Assembly: GCA_044356455.1 (NCBI GenBank)
Contig: JBIKWF010000060.1
Coordinates: 1 to 25,467 of the forward strand
Reading direction: 5' to 3'
Origin: Bdellovibrionota bacterium
GTDB taxonomy: Bacteria > Bdellovibrionota_C > UBA2361 > JBGSMV01
Length of the DNA: 25,467 nt
Shown one piece after another: positions 8,756 to 17,751 of the stretch (positions are counted from its first letter, which is position 1; each line of letters opens with the position of its first letter). A program made the translations under genes and the position numbers. Below the pieces are notes generated by a model. The model was not told the DNA's origin and made no database searches. It was given only the letters and a program-made list of their open reading frames with translations.

Positions 8756-8923
8756 TTAGTGAGCGGCGTGTGAAACTTCGCCTTCGTTCTTTAGGGATTC
8801 TTCTAGCTCTGCCAATTCAGCACACACTTTCGGCGCTTTCGGCAGTTCCGCGGTGAGCGCGAAGAGCTGCAAGTCTCTAATGATGATTTTTAGGAAGAGT
8901 GAAGCACTTTCTTGAGTTGTCAT
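8756..8923 (-). CDS. Small hypothetical protein (55 aa)
   Basis: MTTQESASLFLKIIIRDLQLFALTAELPKAPKVCAELAELEESLKNEGEVSHAAH; strong SD GGAGGT 4 nt before the ATG; lies in an otherwise empty intergenic gap; below the ORF-track cut-off. Confidence 0.6.
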   Translation of the reverse strand: MTTQESASLFLKIIIRDLQLFALTAELPKAPKVCAELAELEESLKNEGEVSHAAH

Positions 8924-9112
8924 CGTGACCTCCAATTAATACCACGCGATCCTTCGCGCTTGAGAGAGAAGTCGTCGCGCCCCGCGGAACACTTTCGAAT
9001 CGCCGCCGCAAATTATGAGAAAGTGTTTAAGAAATCATCACGCGCGGATTTATCGCTGCCGATCTAGGAATTACTCGCAGATGAACTGGTTCGAGAGGGG
9101 CGCAAAGGCACA

Positions 9113-9982
9113 TTGTTTATGTCTTTCTCGCATAGCGCCGATAACATTGGAACAGAAGATTGCGGGAGAAGGGCTATGTTCGTAGCGGGAGCGTCAAGGG
9201 ATTCGGAGCCTATGCAGAAGCAGGCCTTTGCATCTCCGGCTGACGCCTTTGCGCCCCAGCGTTTTCCTCTCATTTCAGATATTAAGTATCAGCAACCGTT
9301 GGTGCGAGGTCTTCCGGAACTGCCTGTGTTTACCTTTTCGCTTGCGGTAGTCGGAATACTGCTCGTGTGCTCCGGAATGTTTGGTACTTTGGCTCAGAGC
9401 CCAGTCCCCACCGCGGGGCTTTTGGTGCTTGCCATGTCGCTCCCCGCCTATCTCGGGGAAAAGCTTATTATCCGAAAGGCATTGACGGGATATCAGGGAG
9501 GGCAGAGGGCCTGCGTGAATGAGCTGCGAATGCTGCGGGAGGAGGTCTCATCATATCTGACAGGTCTTGACCGACGCACCACGCGCTACTTTCATTGTGT
9601 TACTAATAGCAAGGTAACCACGTATTTCATGCTCCGCCAAATAGAGAATTCACTCGCCGAGCAGCTCGTGGAATTAGATCGACTTTTTTCCTCCCTTTCA
9701 CAGGAGAATTTGTTTCGTGTTCAGGAGCGACTACGCGGAACTCTGGAGTATCGCGATGGCTTTACCTTCAACTCAGGAAGAGTGTTGCATACTCCCGTTG
9801 CTCTCCTTCCGGCGCGAGTACAAGAATTAGTTTTTGATCTCGAACGGGGAATTCTCGCTTTGGAATCCGAGATTGAAACGTTTCGCAGCGAAGCCACTCA
9901 TGGAATAGAGACCGATAGCGGCGTCGACGAGGGGAAGCAGCTCGCACTTCCCTTGGACGCCGATAAAGACCACAAGAAATAG
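9113..9982 (+). CDS. Hypothetical membrane protein (2 TM plus helical domain)
   Basis: Two hydrophobic segments (VFTFSLAVVGILLVCSGMFG; AGLLVLAMSLPAYLG) followed by a helical region; start uncertain (ATGs at 9119, 9176, 9212). Confidence 0.75.
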   Translation: MFMSFSHSADNIGTEDCGRRAMFVAGASRDSEPMQKQAFASPADAFAPQRFPLISDIKYQQPLVRGLPELPVFTFSLAVVGILLVCSGMFGTLAQSPVPTAGLLVLAMSLPAYLGEKLIIRKALTGYQGGQRACVNELRMLREEVSSYLTGLDRRTTRYFHCVTNSKVTTYFMLRQIENSLAEQLVELDRLFSSLSQENLFRVQERLRGTLEYRDGFTFNSGRVLHTPVALLPARVQELVFDLERGILALESEIETFRSEATHGIETDSGVDEGKQLALPLDADKDHKK

Positions 9983-10190
9983 TCTAACCACGTATTGGTA
10001 TTAGATATTCCCCTTTTAGCTTGATTTCTCTTGCAGGCCAGTAAGCGAACATCCTAGGATTCGCGAACGCTCATTACTAAGAGTTGTTAGTTGTAGAAGC
10101 AGCTTTTCTCCTTCGTCTGCTGAAATGCTAGTGGCTACATTATGCCTGGCATTTGATAAGGCGAAGGTGCTCGGATGAATTTAGGTTTTC

Positions 10191-10339
10191 GTTCGGGTTC
10201 CACGTGAGGGTGATTACTTGCCTGCGCGCGTTCTTCTTCTTTTCTAAATACCACCACTAAGAACACAAAGACCACGAAGTGCTAGACGCACGCTCCGAAG
10301 AGAGTGCGCGCGAAGAGCACCATGACGTGGAACCCGAAC
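10191..10339. repeat. 149-bp long hairpin enclosing a 9-mer triplet (10253-10279)
   Basis: Perfect 15-bp IR GTTCGGGTTCCACGT / ACGTGGAACCCGAAC, imperfectly extendable to ~45-bp arms; loop contains ACCACTAAG-AACACAAAG-ACCACGAAG. Confidence 0.75.
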
Positions 10340-10432
10340 CTGCACTGCTTGTAGCAGTCGTTTGAAAGCGGACGCGTGTCCGTGGCGGTTGCGATAGGTA
10401 GGGCAGTTAGAGGTTCCAGAAGGAGTATGCGT

Positions 10433-10921
10433 ATGAAAACTCTGTTCGGTGGTCTTCTCTTGAATGCGGATGCGGAAACCGCAGGAGGAGGCGGCGGCGG
10501 TGCTGAAGGTGCTGGCAGCGGTGATGCTGCTGGCGCGGAAGGTGTCGCTGCTGGTGGTGCTGCCGAAGGCGGCACTCCCGCTGAAGGCGCGGCTGCAGGC
10601 GGCGAGGCTGAAGGTGCCGGAGGCAATGCCGACGGTGCCGGAGCCGAAGCGGCCGGTGGCGGCGAAGGCGACGGGACCGGAGGTGCTGGCAGCGGCGATG
10701 CTGCTGGTGCTGAAGGCGGCGCTCCCGCTGAGGGCGCGGCTGCGGGCGGCGAAGTTGAAGGTGCCGGCGGCAATGCCGATGGTGCCGGCGGCAACGCCGA
10801 TGGTGCCGGAGGCAACGCCGATGGTGCCGGAGGCGAAACGGCCGATGGCGGCGAAGGCGACGGGACCGGAGGTGCTGGTAGCGACGATGCTGCTGGTGCC
10901 GAGGGAGGTGAGGCGCACTAA
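10433..10921 (+). CDS. Acidic Gly/Ala-rich low-complexity repeat protein
   Basis: SD AGGAG 7 nt before ATG 10433; MKTLFGGLLLNADAETAGGGGG...; differences between repeat copies fall largely at third codon positions in this frame (GGC/GGA, AAT/AAC). Confidence 0.75.
   Translation: MKTLFGGLLLNADAETAGGGGGGAEGAGSGDAAGAEGVAAGGAAEGGTPAEGAAAGGEAEGAGGNADGAGAEAAGGGEGDGTGGAGSGDAAGAEGGAPAEGAAAGGEVEGAGGNADGAGGNADGAGGNADGAGGETADGGEGDGTGGAGSDDAAGAEGGEAH
10760..10834 (+). repeat. 21-bp tandem repeat x3.5 (GAGGNAD)
   Basis: GGTGCCGG(C/A)GGCAA(T/C)GCCGAT units at 10760, 10781, 10802 and a partial unit at 10823. Confidence 0.9.
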
Positions 10922-11182
10922 GCAAACTCAACCCTCATTGTTTCGTCACCAAGACTTGGCCGGTCTTGACTGACAGTCTTTGTGGCTGCCGGAAATTCTA
11001 GATTTGGTACCTCTCATAAGGAAATCGAAAAGGGGCACTGGCTAGTTCACACGCGTACTACTTATAGCGTTTGCTCAAGGACTTCATCCGAGCACCAGTG
11101 CCCCCCCCTAGAAATACCCTACAAAAGCTGCGTGGTTCGTGTCACGATACGCTCAGTCTTCATCTAAGTATTTAGAACCATC

Positions 11183-11650
11183 ATGAAAGCAGACATAATC
11201 AACCCCTTCTTGCTTGCCACCACTAACGTAATCCAAACGATGGCGTCCCTGACTGTTACGGCAGGGAAGCCAGGTCTGAAACAGGGAAACCTAAGCTGGG
11301 GGTCCGTGAGCGGTGTCATCGGAATGGCAAGTGATAAGCTTAAGGGGCACATGGTGGTAAGCTTTGACACGCCCTGCATCCTTCGCATCGTTTCCAATAT
11401 GCTTGGAGAAGAAATGAAGGAAATGAATAAAGACGTCGTGGATGCCGTAGGTGAAATCACCAACATGATCTGCGGCGGAGCGAAAAAGAGTCTTTCGGAG
11501 TCAGGTTGCGTCTTCAATATGGCAATTCCGTTGGTAATTTCTGGCGAAAAAGTTGAAATTACCCAGCTCGGCAGCGGGCCAGTTATTTCAATTCCCTTTA
11601 CCACTGAAGCAGGGAAGTTTGTCGTAGAAGCGAACCTGATGGACCAATAG
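11183..11650 (+). CDS. cheX: Chemotaxis phosphatase CheX
   Basis: 155 aa; IINPF N-terminus, VSGVIGM, DAVGEITNMICG (ExxN catalytic motif), IPF..EAGKF.VE C-terminus. Confidence 0.93.
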   Translation: MKADIINPFLLATTNVIQTMASLTVTAGKPGLKQGNLSWGSVSGVIGMASDKLKGHMVVSFDTPCILRIVSNMLGEEMKEMNKDVVDAVGEITNMICGGAKKSLSESGCVFNMAIPLVISGEKVEITQLGSGPVISIPFTTEAGKFVVEANLMDQ

Positions 11651-11659
11651 GTCACCCAC

Positions 11660-11687
11660 CTTAGTGGTCTTTGTGTTCTTAGTGGTT
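11660..11687. repeat. 9-mer triplet just after the cheX stop
   Basis: CTTAGTGGT-CTTTGTGTT-CTTAGTGGT-T; reverse complement matches 10253-10279 at 26/27. Confidence 0.88.
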
Positions 11688-12179
11688 GTTTTAGGACCAC
11701 CACCAAGGGTCAGGGGGAATAGTATTGGATCGTAGTGCTCGTTCTTCGCAGGAAGGCGGTGAGCTTCGTGAAAAATGGACCAGAGAAGCGCAAAGCGTTA
11801 GGAAAAATAAAAACCAGAAGGACTGAAGTATCTAGAAACTTGAGTCCTCACGTATTCTCTTCAACCGAAACCTCTTAGCTAACCCGTGCTTCCTATCCTC
11901 GCACACCGCTTTATGGCTTATGATGCCTATAGAGCCAGTCTGCGAGGACCGGGAGCCAAAACCGTAGAAAACCTAAAAAACCGTTTTGCTTTGCGCCCTC
12001 TGGATATGAAAACCGAGGGGCATAAATAACTAACAACCTGCACTTACGACGCTGCCTTCTCTAAAACGGGATGTAATCTTTTTGTCTCAAGCACCTTTGC
12101 CCTAATTGGGGCGTGCCTAGAAGCCGCTGCCCGCATCAAATAGAGAGCGAGAATCAAATACTTAGCTATAGAATGCCCT

Positions 12180-13172
12180 ATGCCCACGATTGGTGTGTAC
12201 TCAACGACTTTTAACTGCGTAAGCATGCACTACCCATTCAGGGAGGCCATACAGTCATGGCTCGGATTTGCTGACGAAGTCGTGCTCGTTGATGCCGGCA
12301 GCACTGATGGAACACTTGAGGAGCTTACGCGTCTTTCGAATATTGAGCCTCGAGTCAAAGTCTTCCAAGAGCCTGTTGATTTTACGCACGTGCGCTGGGC
12401 GATTCAGATGGATGGGCTTCTCAAGGGCAAAGCGCGTGCACGCTGCACCACAGATTATTTGTGGCAGTCAGATACGGACGAGATTGTAGTGCCGGATGAT
12501 TTTCAGCGCATTCGAATGTTGCCGGAGGTTCTCGCGCACGTTCTCAAAGAACGTCCCATCGTTTTCATGCCCATGGTTGAATTCTGGGGCGGATTAGAAA
12601 CTATTCGTGCAGATTTTCTTTCTTGGAAGCCGCGCTTTAGCCCAAACGATCCTCGCATTACCCACGGAATCCCTCTCGAATTTCGCATGGTGGATCGCTG
12701 GGGCAATGAATATCCAAGGCCTTTTGAGTCAGATTCCTGCAACTACATTTGGAAGGATACACGGGAGTCGGTCCCGATGTTTTTTCCGATGGAGCTGCCT
12801 ACCAAAGCTATGGACGACAAAGAATTTGATGAATTTTTTACCGAGTCACTGAGGCGCTTTCCCTCGGTGCTGCATGTTTCCTGGCTCGATTTGAAACGAA
12901 AGCTCGAGCACTACCGCGGCTTTTGGCCTTCGTTCCACGCGTCGATGTATAATCTGGATGAACCAGATACACCGAAGAAAAATGCGATGTTTAATAAGCG
13001 CTGGTCAGAAGTGACGGACAGTGACATTGAAGAAAAGGTCAAGGAACTAAAAGCTCGTGGACCCTACTTTTTTGGCGACAAGAAGAAGCTCAAGGAGAAA
13101 GGGTATGTGTGTCCCTATCGCGGAGTAATTCCTGAACCTCTTCGCACATGGGCTATTCAGACGATTCGGTAA
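12180..13172 (+). CDS. Glycosyltransferase family 2
   Basis: ADEVVLVDAGSTDGT and WQSDTDE (DxD) GT-A motifs. Confidence 0.88.
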   Translation: MPTIGVYSTTFNCVSMHYPFREAIQSWLGFADEVVLVDAGSTDGTLEELTRLSNIEPRVKVFQEPVDFTHVRWAIQMDGLLKGKARARCTTDYLWQSDTDEIVVPDDFQRIRMLPEVLAHVLKERPIVFMPMVEFWGGLETIRADFLSWKPRFSPNDPRITHGIPLEFRMVDRWGNEYPRPFESDSCNYIWKDTRESVPMFFPMELPTKAMDDKEFDEFFTESLRRFPSVLHVSWLDLKRKLEHYRGFWPSFHASMYNLDEPDTPKKNAMFNKRWSEVTDSDIEEKVKELKARGPYFFGDKKKLKEKGYVCPYRGVIPEPLRTWAIQTIR

Positions 13173-13176
13173 ATGC

Positions 13177-15582
13177 ATGGAAGCAGGGCGCGTCTCCGTA
13201 ATAATCCCCAGCTATAACTACGCCGATTTTCTTGGGGCGGCGGTGGAGAGTGTTCTCGCGCAAACCTATAAAGATTGGGAAATTGTCATCGTTGATGATG
13301 GGAGTACTGACGAAACCCCGCAGATAGCCCCCGAGATTGTTGAGCGTGCTCCGGGCAGGATTCGATATCATCGGCGTCCGAATGGAGGCGTTTCCGCAGC
13401 GAGAAACTTCGCTATTGAGAATTCTTCGGGCGAATTTATCATGCCACTCGATGCGGACGATCTTCTTATGCCGCATGCCCTCGAAGAGTTCGTAAAGGCA
13501 CTTCGTGCAAATACTAAAGCTGGCTATGCGTTCTCAAATTTAGAGAATCTAAACGGACTTTCCGGAGATTTAAGAATTTGGGAACAGGGCCCCTTTATTC
13601 GCGGTAGAATAGTCCTTGAGAATACTGCTGCTTCGGCTTCCATGTGGCGGCGCAGTCTCTTTGACGCCGGCGTCAGATATCGTCCTTTAATTTTTGAGGA
13701 TTGGGATCTTTGGCTTCAAATTGTAGCAAAAGAATTTGTGGGGGCCTATGTGCCTGAGCCACTCTTTAAATATCGCCTGCATGTCTCGGGGCGTACTTCA
13801 AGAAATCGCTATCTCTATTTCCCCGCGCTTCTCCAAGTTATGCTTCACAATCCTTCACTCTATGATGAAGGACTTGTAACCTGGGCGAAGAGCTGCCTCG
13901 CGTTCAGTCCGGAGTGCTGGAAGAAGCCGACGGTGGTGTTTCTTCCCTTGCCAGGCAGTGAGGAGTACACCCATTTTGCGGGGCCCATGGCGCAGCTTGC
14001 CAAGGAGTTCCTTGCCCAGAATCATTTTGTGGTTTCACTCGGAGATTACACCGCAGGCCAATCGCCTGAGGCGGGCTTGGCACTCCTTTCCTTATTAACG
14101 CATGATCTGGAGGCTATCTTTGAAAAGCTCGGGATGGTGGGTGCGTCGCTTCTTGTGGTGAGCGCGCTGCCTGAATGGATGAACAAAGGAATTCGTGCGC
14201 TTAAGAATGTCTCCCAAGTTGTCCCTTTTGGATCTGGAAACACCTCCCTTCTTGGACAGCCGGCCCTCAGTCCCTTTGAATCGGGATATTGGTACTCACG
14301 AGGCCCGCTGGGGCTACTGGGAGAGCGCAGCATTCTTTCTGGCAAGGAACTCAGTACTGAGCTCCTTGCCTCCTCAGTGACGAGGGCTACTGAGCGCAAA
14401 TCGACTGAAGATGCATTCTGGTCAGTAATGAAGCGCCTTGGCGAGACCCCCACCGCTGAAGGCGCCTCATTATGGGAGCAAAAGATACGTCCTTCTTGCG
14501 CGGTAGTTATTCCTATAAAAGATCCACATTTGCCTACCCTTGAGAATTGCCTTGCAGCCTTGAGGCGCGCTGACTCTAAAGTGCGAGTAGTCGTAAGCGA
14601 TTTTGGATCCTCCGAGGGACTCGTTCGCGAGCGGTTGCCAGTAGTGTGCGCTCGATTTGGAGCTGAGCTTCTTCCGCACCCCACACGAGCCCCATACTCG
14701 CGTGCGCGGGCCTTTAATCTCGCCGCCAAGAAGATTGACGCAGAATGGCTTCTGCTGCTGCCCCACGAAGTGCTTGTGAGCTCAGAGGTGTTCCACTCAT
14801 TTGCGCTGTATTCCTCGGAGAGTGACCTACGCTCAGTGCTCGTCGGTGAAACCCGGTATTTGCCGCCTCTCACTGAGAGAGAGCTTCTGGCGCCACTTGA
14901 TCAGCTCAGTGTGCATTCTTCTTACAGGCCCGCAGTAAAGCCAGAGTATGCCTTTATTTCGACAATGTTTCTCAGTGAAATGGGAGGTCTCTGCGAAGAT
15001 CTCCTTGGGGATGGCTACGAAATGGAAGAATTAGAGTGGCGCATCAAAGCCGAAGGAGCGCGGCAAGTGTGGCTCCCGAGGGGGCAGGCACTTCGGCAAT
15101 GGTCTTTGCATTTGCTCGCCGTAAGTGCCGACGAGAAGAACCAAGGTGTCCTTCAGCGCATGAAACAATTTCCCCGCCGTGTTTCAGGTGAATGGGGGGT
15201 GCTTCGCGAAGGAGAAGCTCAAGAATTCGCTGCCCGTGGTCCCGCTCCAGAGATCCTCGAGAAGGCATTCGCGCCGGCAAGTGGGCTATCTCATGAGCTT
15301 CGTTCGAAGGAAATGTCAGTCGCCGATCGCACCGAGTGCCTCGTTGCATGGGGGCGGCACTGCTTGGTAAATGGTGAGCACCTGAGCGCCAGGCCTGCAT
15401 TTGAAGATGCGCGAATTCTAAGCTCGAAGAGTATTGAAGTGCTGACGGGGCTTGGCCACTGCGCGGCGCGTCGGGGCGGCGTTGCAAGTATGGGGCATTA
15501 TGCTTCCTTGGTACTTGCTCAAGACCCTCGCCAATCTGAGGCGCTAGAGATGATGGGCCATTTAGCGAAGGAGAGCGCGTGA
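13177..15582 (+). CDS. Multidomain GT2 glycosyltransferase (intact GT2, second degenerate GT2, TPR-like tail)
   Basis: VSVIIPSYN, VDDGSTD, GVSAARN, LDADD, EDWDLW; second domain CAVVIP...VSDFGS...SRARAFN with LPHE in place of DxD; helical TPR-like C-terminus. Confidence 0.9.
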   Translation: MEAGRVSVIIPSYNYADFLGAAVESVLAQTYKDWEIVIVDDGSTDETPQIAPEIVERAPGRIRYHRRPNGGVSAARNFAIENSSGEFIMPLDADDLLMPHALEEFVKALRANTKAGYAFSNLENLNGLSGDLRIWEQGPFIRGRIVLENTAASASMWRRSLFDAGVRYRPLIFEDWDLWLQIVAKEFVGAYVPEPLFKYRLHVSGRTSRNRYLYFPALLQVMLHNPSLYDEGLVTWAKSCLAFSPECWKKPTVVFLPLPGSEEYTHFAGPMAQLAKEFLAQNHFVVSLGDYTAGQSPEAGLALLSLLTHDLEAIFEKLGMVGASLLVVSALPEWMNKGIRALKNVSQVVPFGSGNTSLLGQPALSPFESGYWYSRGPLGLLGERSILSGKELSTELLASSVTRATERKSTEDAFWSVMKRLGETPTAEGASLWEQKIRPSCAVVIPIKDPHLPTLENCLAALRRADSKVRVVVSDFGSSEGLVRERLPVVCARFGAELLPHPTRAPYSRARAFNLAAKKIDAEWLLLLPHEVLVSSEVFHSFALYSSESDLRSVLVGETRYLPPLTERELLAPLDQLSVHSSYRPAVKPEYAFISTMFLSEMGGLCEDLLGDGYEMEELEWRIKAEGARQVWLPRGQALRQWSLHLLAVSADEKNQGVLQRMKQFPRRVSGEWGVLREGEAQEFAARGPAPEILEKAFAPASGLSHELRSKEMSVADRTECLVAWGRHCLVNGEHLSARPAFEDARILSSKSIEVLTGLGHCAARRGGVASMGHYASLVLAQDPRQSEALEMMGHLAKESA

Positions 15583-17303
15583 CTAATCCTAAGTTCTCAG
15601 TAATCACCGTATCCTATCAGCACGCCGACTATATCCGGCAAACGATAGAATCTGTGCTGAATCAGCGTTACTCGAATTTCGAGCATATTGTGGTGGATGG
15701 TGGCTCAACCGACGGGACCATCGAAATTCTGAAAGCCTATCCCCACCTCATCTGGACCTCGGAACCTGATCGCGGGCAAAGTCACGCACTGAACAAGGGC
15801 TTTGCGCGCGCCACAGGGGACATTATCGCCTGGATTAATTCGGATGACTGGTATCCGCCTGGTGTCTTCAAAGACGTGGCTCTTGCCCTCGAAGATTATC
15901 CCATTGTGATGGGTGCGTGCGAAGTATGTGACAAATACGGCGTGCGGGAAGAGGTAGTGCACAACATCGAGCGCACCTATTTCGACATGTGCAAGCACTG
16001 GGTCTTTAACTCAAGCCCTTCTCAGCCATCGATCTTTTTTCGGCGCGAACTGCTTGAGCAAGTAAAATACGCCGATGGTAAGTATATCGATGAAGATCTT
16101 GAGTTCTGTATGGACTTAGATCTTTGGCTACGTATCGCAGAGAAATATCCCCTCAATCGGCGCGTAAAAAAATCCTTCTCGTGCCTTCGAACCTACGACA
16201 CGAACAAAACGGGAGAGATGTGGGATCTTGCCACGCGCGAGATGTCACGGGTCTATCACCGCCAGGCGCATCGGCTTGCGCGCGCTGAGACACGCATGAG
16301 CGTGGTGGTGCCCCTTGGAAATCGTGAGGTTGATCTTTCTCCCACGCTTGATTCTGTCGCGGGTGCGGAGCCAGGCTCGCTTGAGCTCCTTGTGCTCTTT
16401 CATGGAGACGATCATGCAAGGGGCAAGGCTATTCGCCGGCAAGTTCTTGAGGCGCAAAGACGCGTACCTGCCAATACGGTGCGCTACGTCCGCATAGATC
16501 CCTGTGAAGTATTCGAGGCGCTCACCCTCGCGGTAGATGCCGTTCGAGCGCCTCTGGTGACGGTGCTAAGCGCAGGAGATTCTATCCCTCACAATTGGAC
16601 TGCCTTAGTCGAAGAAGAGTTTAGGCGCGATAATATTGCGATACTTTTGCCCTATGGCCATAAGCCTGAAGTGCGGGCTCAATTTAGATTGGAGAGAGAA
16701 GGGCGAGTATCATTCCGCGCCGATGCGGCATTTGGGGCACCTGACCTGCTGCCAAACTTTGTATTCCGGCATCTCGCACTCAAGGAGCTCGGAGGCTTTA
16801 AGAAGCATCCAGGGACCGGCACGATTTCGCCTTTACTTGCGTTTAGGCACCTTTTATTGCGAGCGCTTTACAAAGGCTGGGCGGTTCTCTCCGAGACCGC
16901 ATTGCAGCTTCCGCAAAAAGCTTCACCACTTGTTGAGGAGCAGGAATATCTCGGCCTTCTCCAGATGTATTCGAACGCAGCCTTACTTGATGAGCTAAAG
17001 AAAGAATTCGAATCGGAGCCCATGGCGCAGCTTCGCGCCCAGCACGGCTTCACGCTTATGTTCCCCAAGGAATTTAGTGAGAGCGCAACAAAACTTCTAA
17101 GCCTCGCCCCCGCAGAGTGGCCTCAAATCCTTTCCATCAAGGACTCCAGAGAGAAACTTCTTGCCTGGACAACGAAGTTCCCCGCATTTACTCCAGCCTG
17201 GGCGCTCTTAGCCCAGCATGCAGCGAGAACAGGAGATGCTGCGCTCAGGGCGCAGGCAGAATCAGGATATGCTGCAGCTGAAGCGATTCAGGCCAAACTC
17301 TAG
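15579..17303 (+). CDS. GT2 glycosyltransferase (WcaE-like N-domain, degenerate GT2, TPR-like tail)
   Basis: FSVITVSY, VDGGSTDGT, SEPDRGQSHALNKG, WINSDD, MDLDLWLR; GTGA overlap with the upstream gene (translational coupling). Confidence 0.9.
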   Translation: MTNPKFSVITVSYQHADYIRQTIESVLNQRYSNFEHIVVDGGSTDGTIEILKAYPHLIWTSEPDRGQSHALNKGFARATGDIIAWINSDDWYPPGVFKDVALALEDYPIVMGACEVCDKYGVREEVVHNIERTYFDMCKHWVFNSSPSQPSIFFRRELLEQVKYADGKYIDEDLEFCMDLDLWLRIAEKYPLNRRVKKSFSCLRTYDTNKTGEMWDLATREMSRVYHRQAHRLARAETRMSVVVPLGNREVDLSPTLDSVAGAEPGSLELLVLFHGDDHARGKAIRRQVLEAQRRVPANTVRYVRIDPCEVFEALTLAVDAVRAPLVTVLSAGDSIPHNWTALVEEEFRRDNIAILLPYGHKPEVRAQFRLEREGRVSFRADAAFGAPDLLPNFVFRHLALKELGGFKKHPGTGTISPLLAFRHLLLRALYKGWAVLSETALQLPQKASPLVEEQEYLGLLQMYSNAALLDELKKEFESEPMAQLRAQHGFTLMFPKEFSESATKLLSLAPAEWPQILSIKDSREKLLAWTTKFPAFTPAWALLAQHAARTGDAALRAQAESGYAAAEAIQAKL

Positions 17304-17419
17304 GAGTCTGTCCCGTAGAAAAATTCTACCGCTACCTGTTGTGGTGGCAACGGGACAGCCCCCCCCCTACGGATTGTGTCCAAAAGGAGGATTTACGTTT
17401 CTACGGGACACAGTCCTTG
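17300..17419. mobile_element. MITE family B copy; its CTAG overlaps the GT stop codon
   Basis: CTAGGAGTCTGTCCCGTAGAAAA ... CTACGGATTGTGTCC ... CTACGGGACACAGTCCTTG (right end slightly decayed). Confidence 0.85.
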
Positions 17420-17541
17420 CCCCTGTATCTTCCCCACCCTTCATCGAACTTCCAGCCCAAGGGCTGCGCGCGAGGTCTCTGAGAGCATGTAAGGGGAAAC
17501 GCAAAGAATGCTCAATAAAAACTAGCAATTTCAAAGTGTTC

Positions 17542-17568
17542 CTTTGTGTCCCTTGCGTCCTTTGTGGT
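17542..17568. repeat. 9-mer triplet (GxxExxY-associated family)
   Basis: CTTTGTGTC-CCTTGCGTC-CTTTGTGGT. Confidence 0.8.
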
Positions 17569-17751
17569 GAAAACATTCCGATGCCCTGCTGAGAGCCAGT
17601 GAGGGGAGAAACGTCGCGAGGACGCGCGCAACTACCTGTAATGGTTATTGAAAGCCTATGCCGCATCAGGCCACTTCCCGGGCATAACTCTAAGGTGATT
17701 CGAGCGCTGCGTGTTCTCTTTATTGCAGCTGCGTCACGAAAGGTTGTTTGT

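Noticed and set aside
10191..10339. Integron attC site
   Set aside because: Ends read GTT...AAC, the reverse of the RYYYAAC...GTTRRRY arrangement, and no integrase is present.
10244..10973. Pro-rich, His/Arg-rich and Ser/Ala-rich ORFs in other frames (10282..10815-, 10407..10931-, 10244..10918-, 10464..10973+)
   Set aside because: Shadows of a stop-poor GC-rich repeat; the SD and synonymous variation support the + strand Gly-rich frame.
11890..12025. Riboswitch or ops/JUMPstart element upstream of the GT operon
   Set aside because: Only short hairpins (TCCTCGCA/TGCGAGGA); no GGCGGTAG ops and no aptamer consensus recognised.
14046..14873. 275-aa minus-strand ORF
   Set aside because: Fully antisense to the well-supported glycosyltransferase; no motifs.
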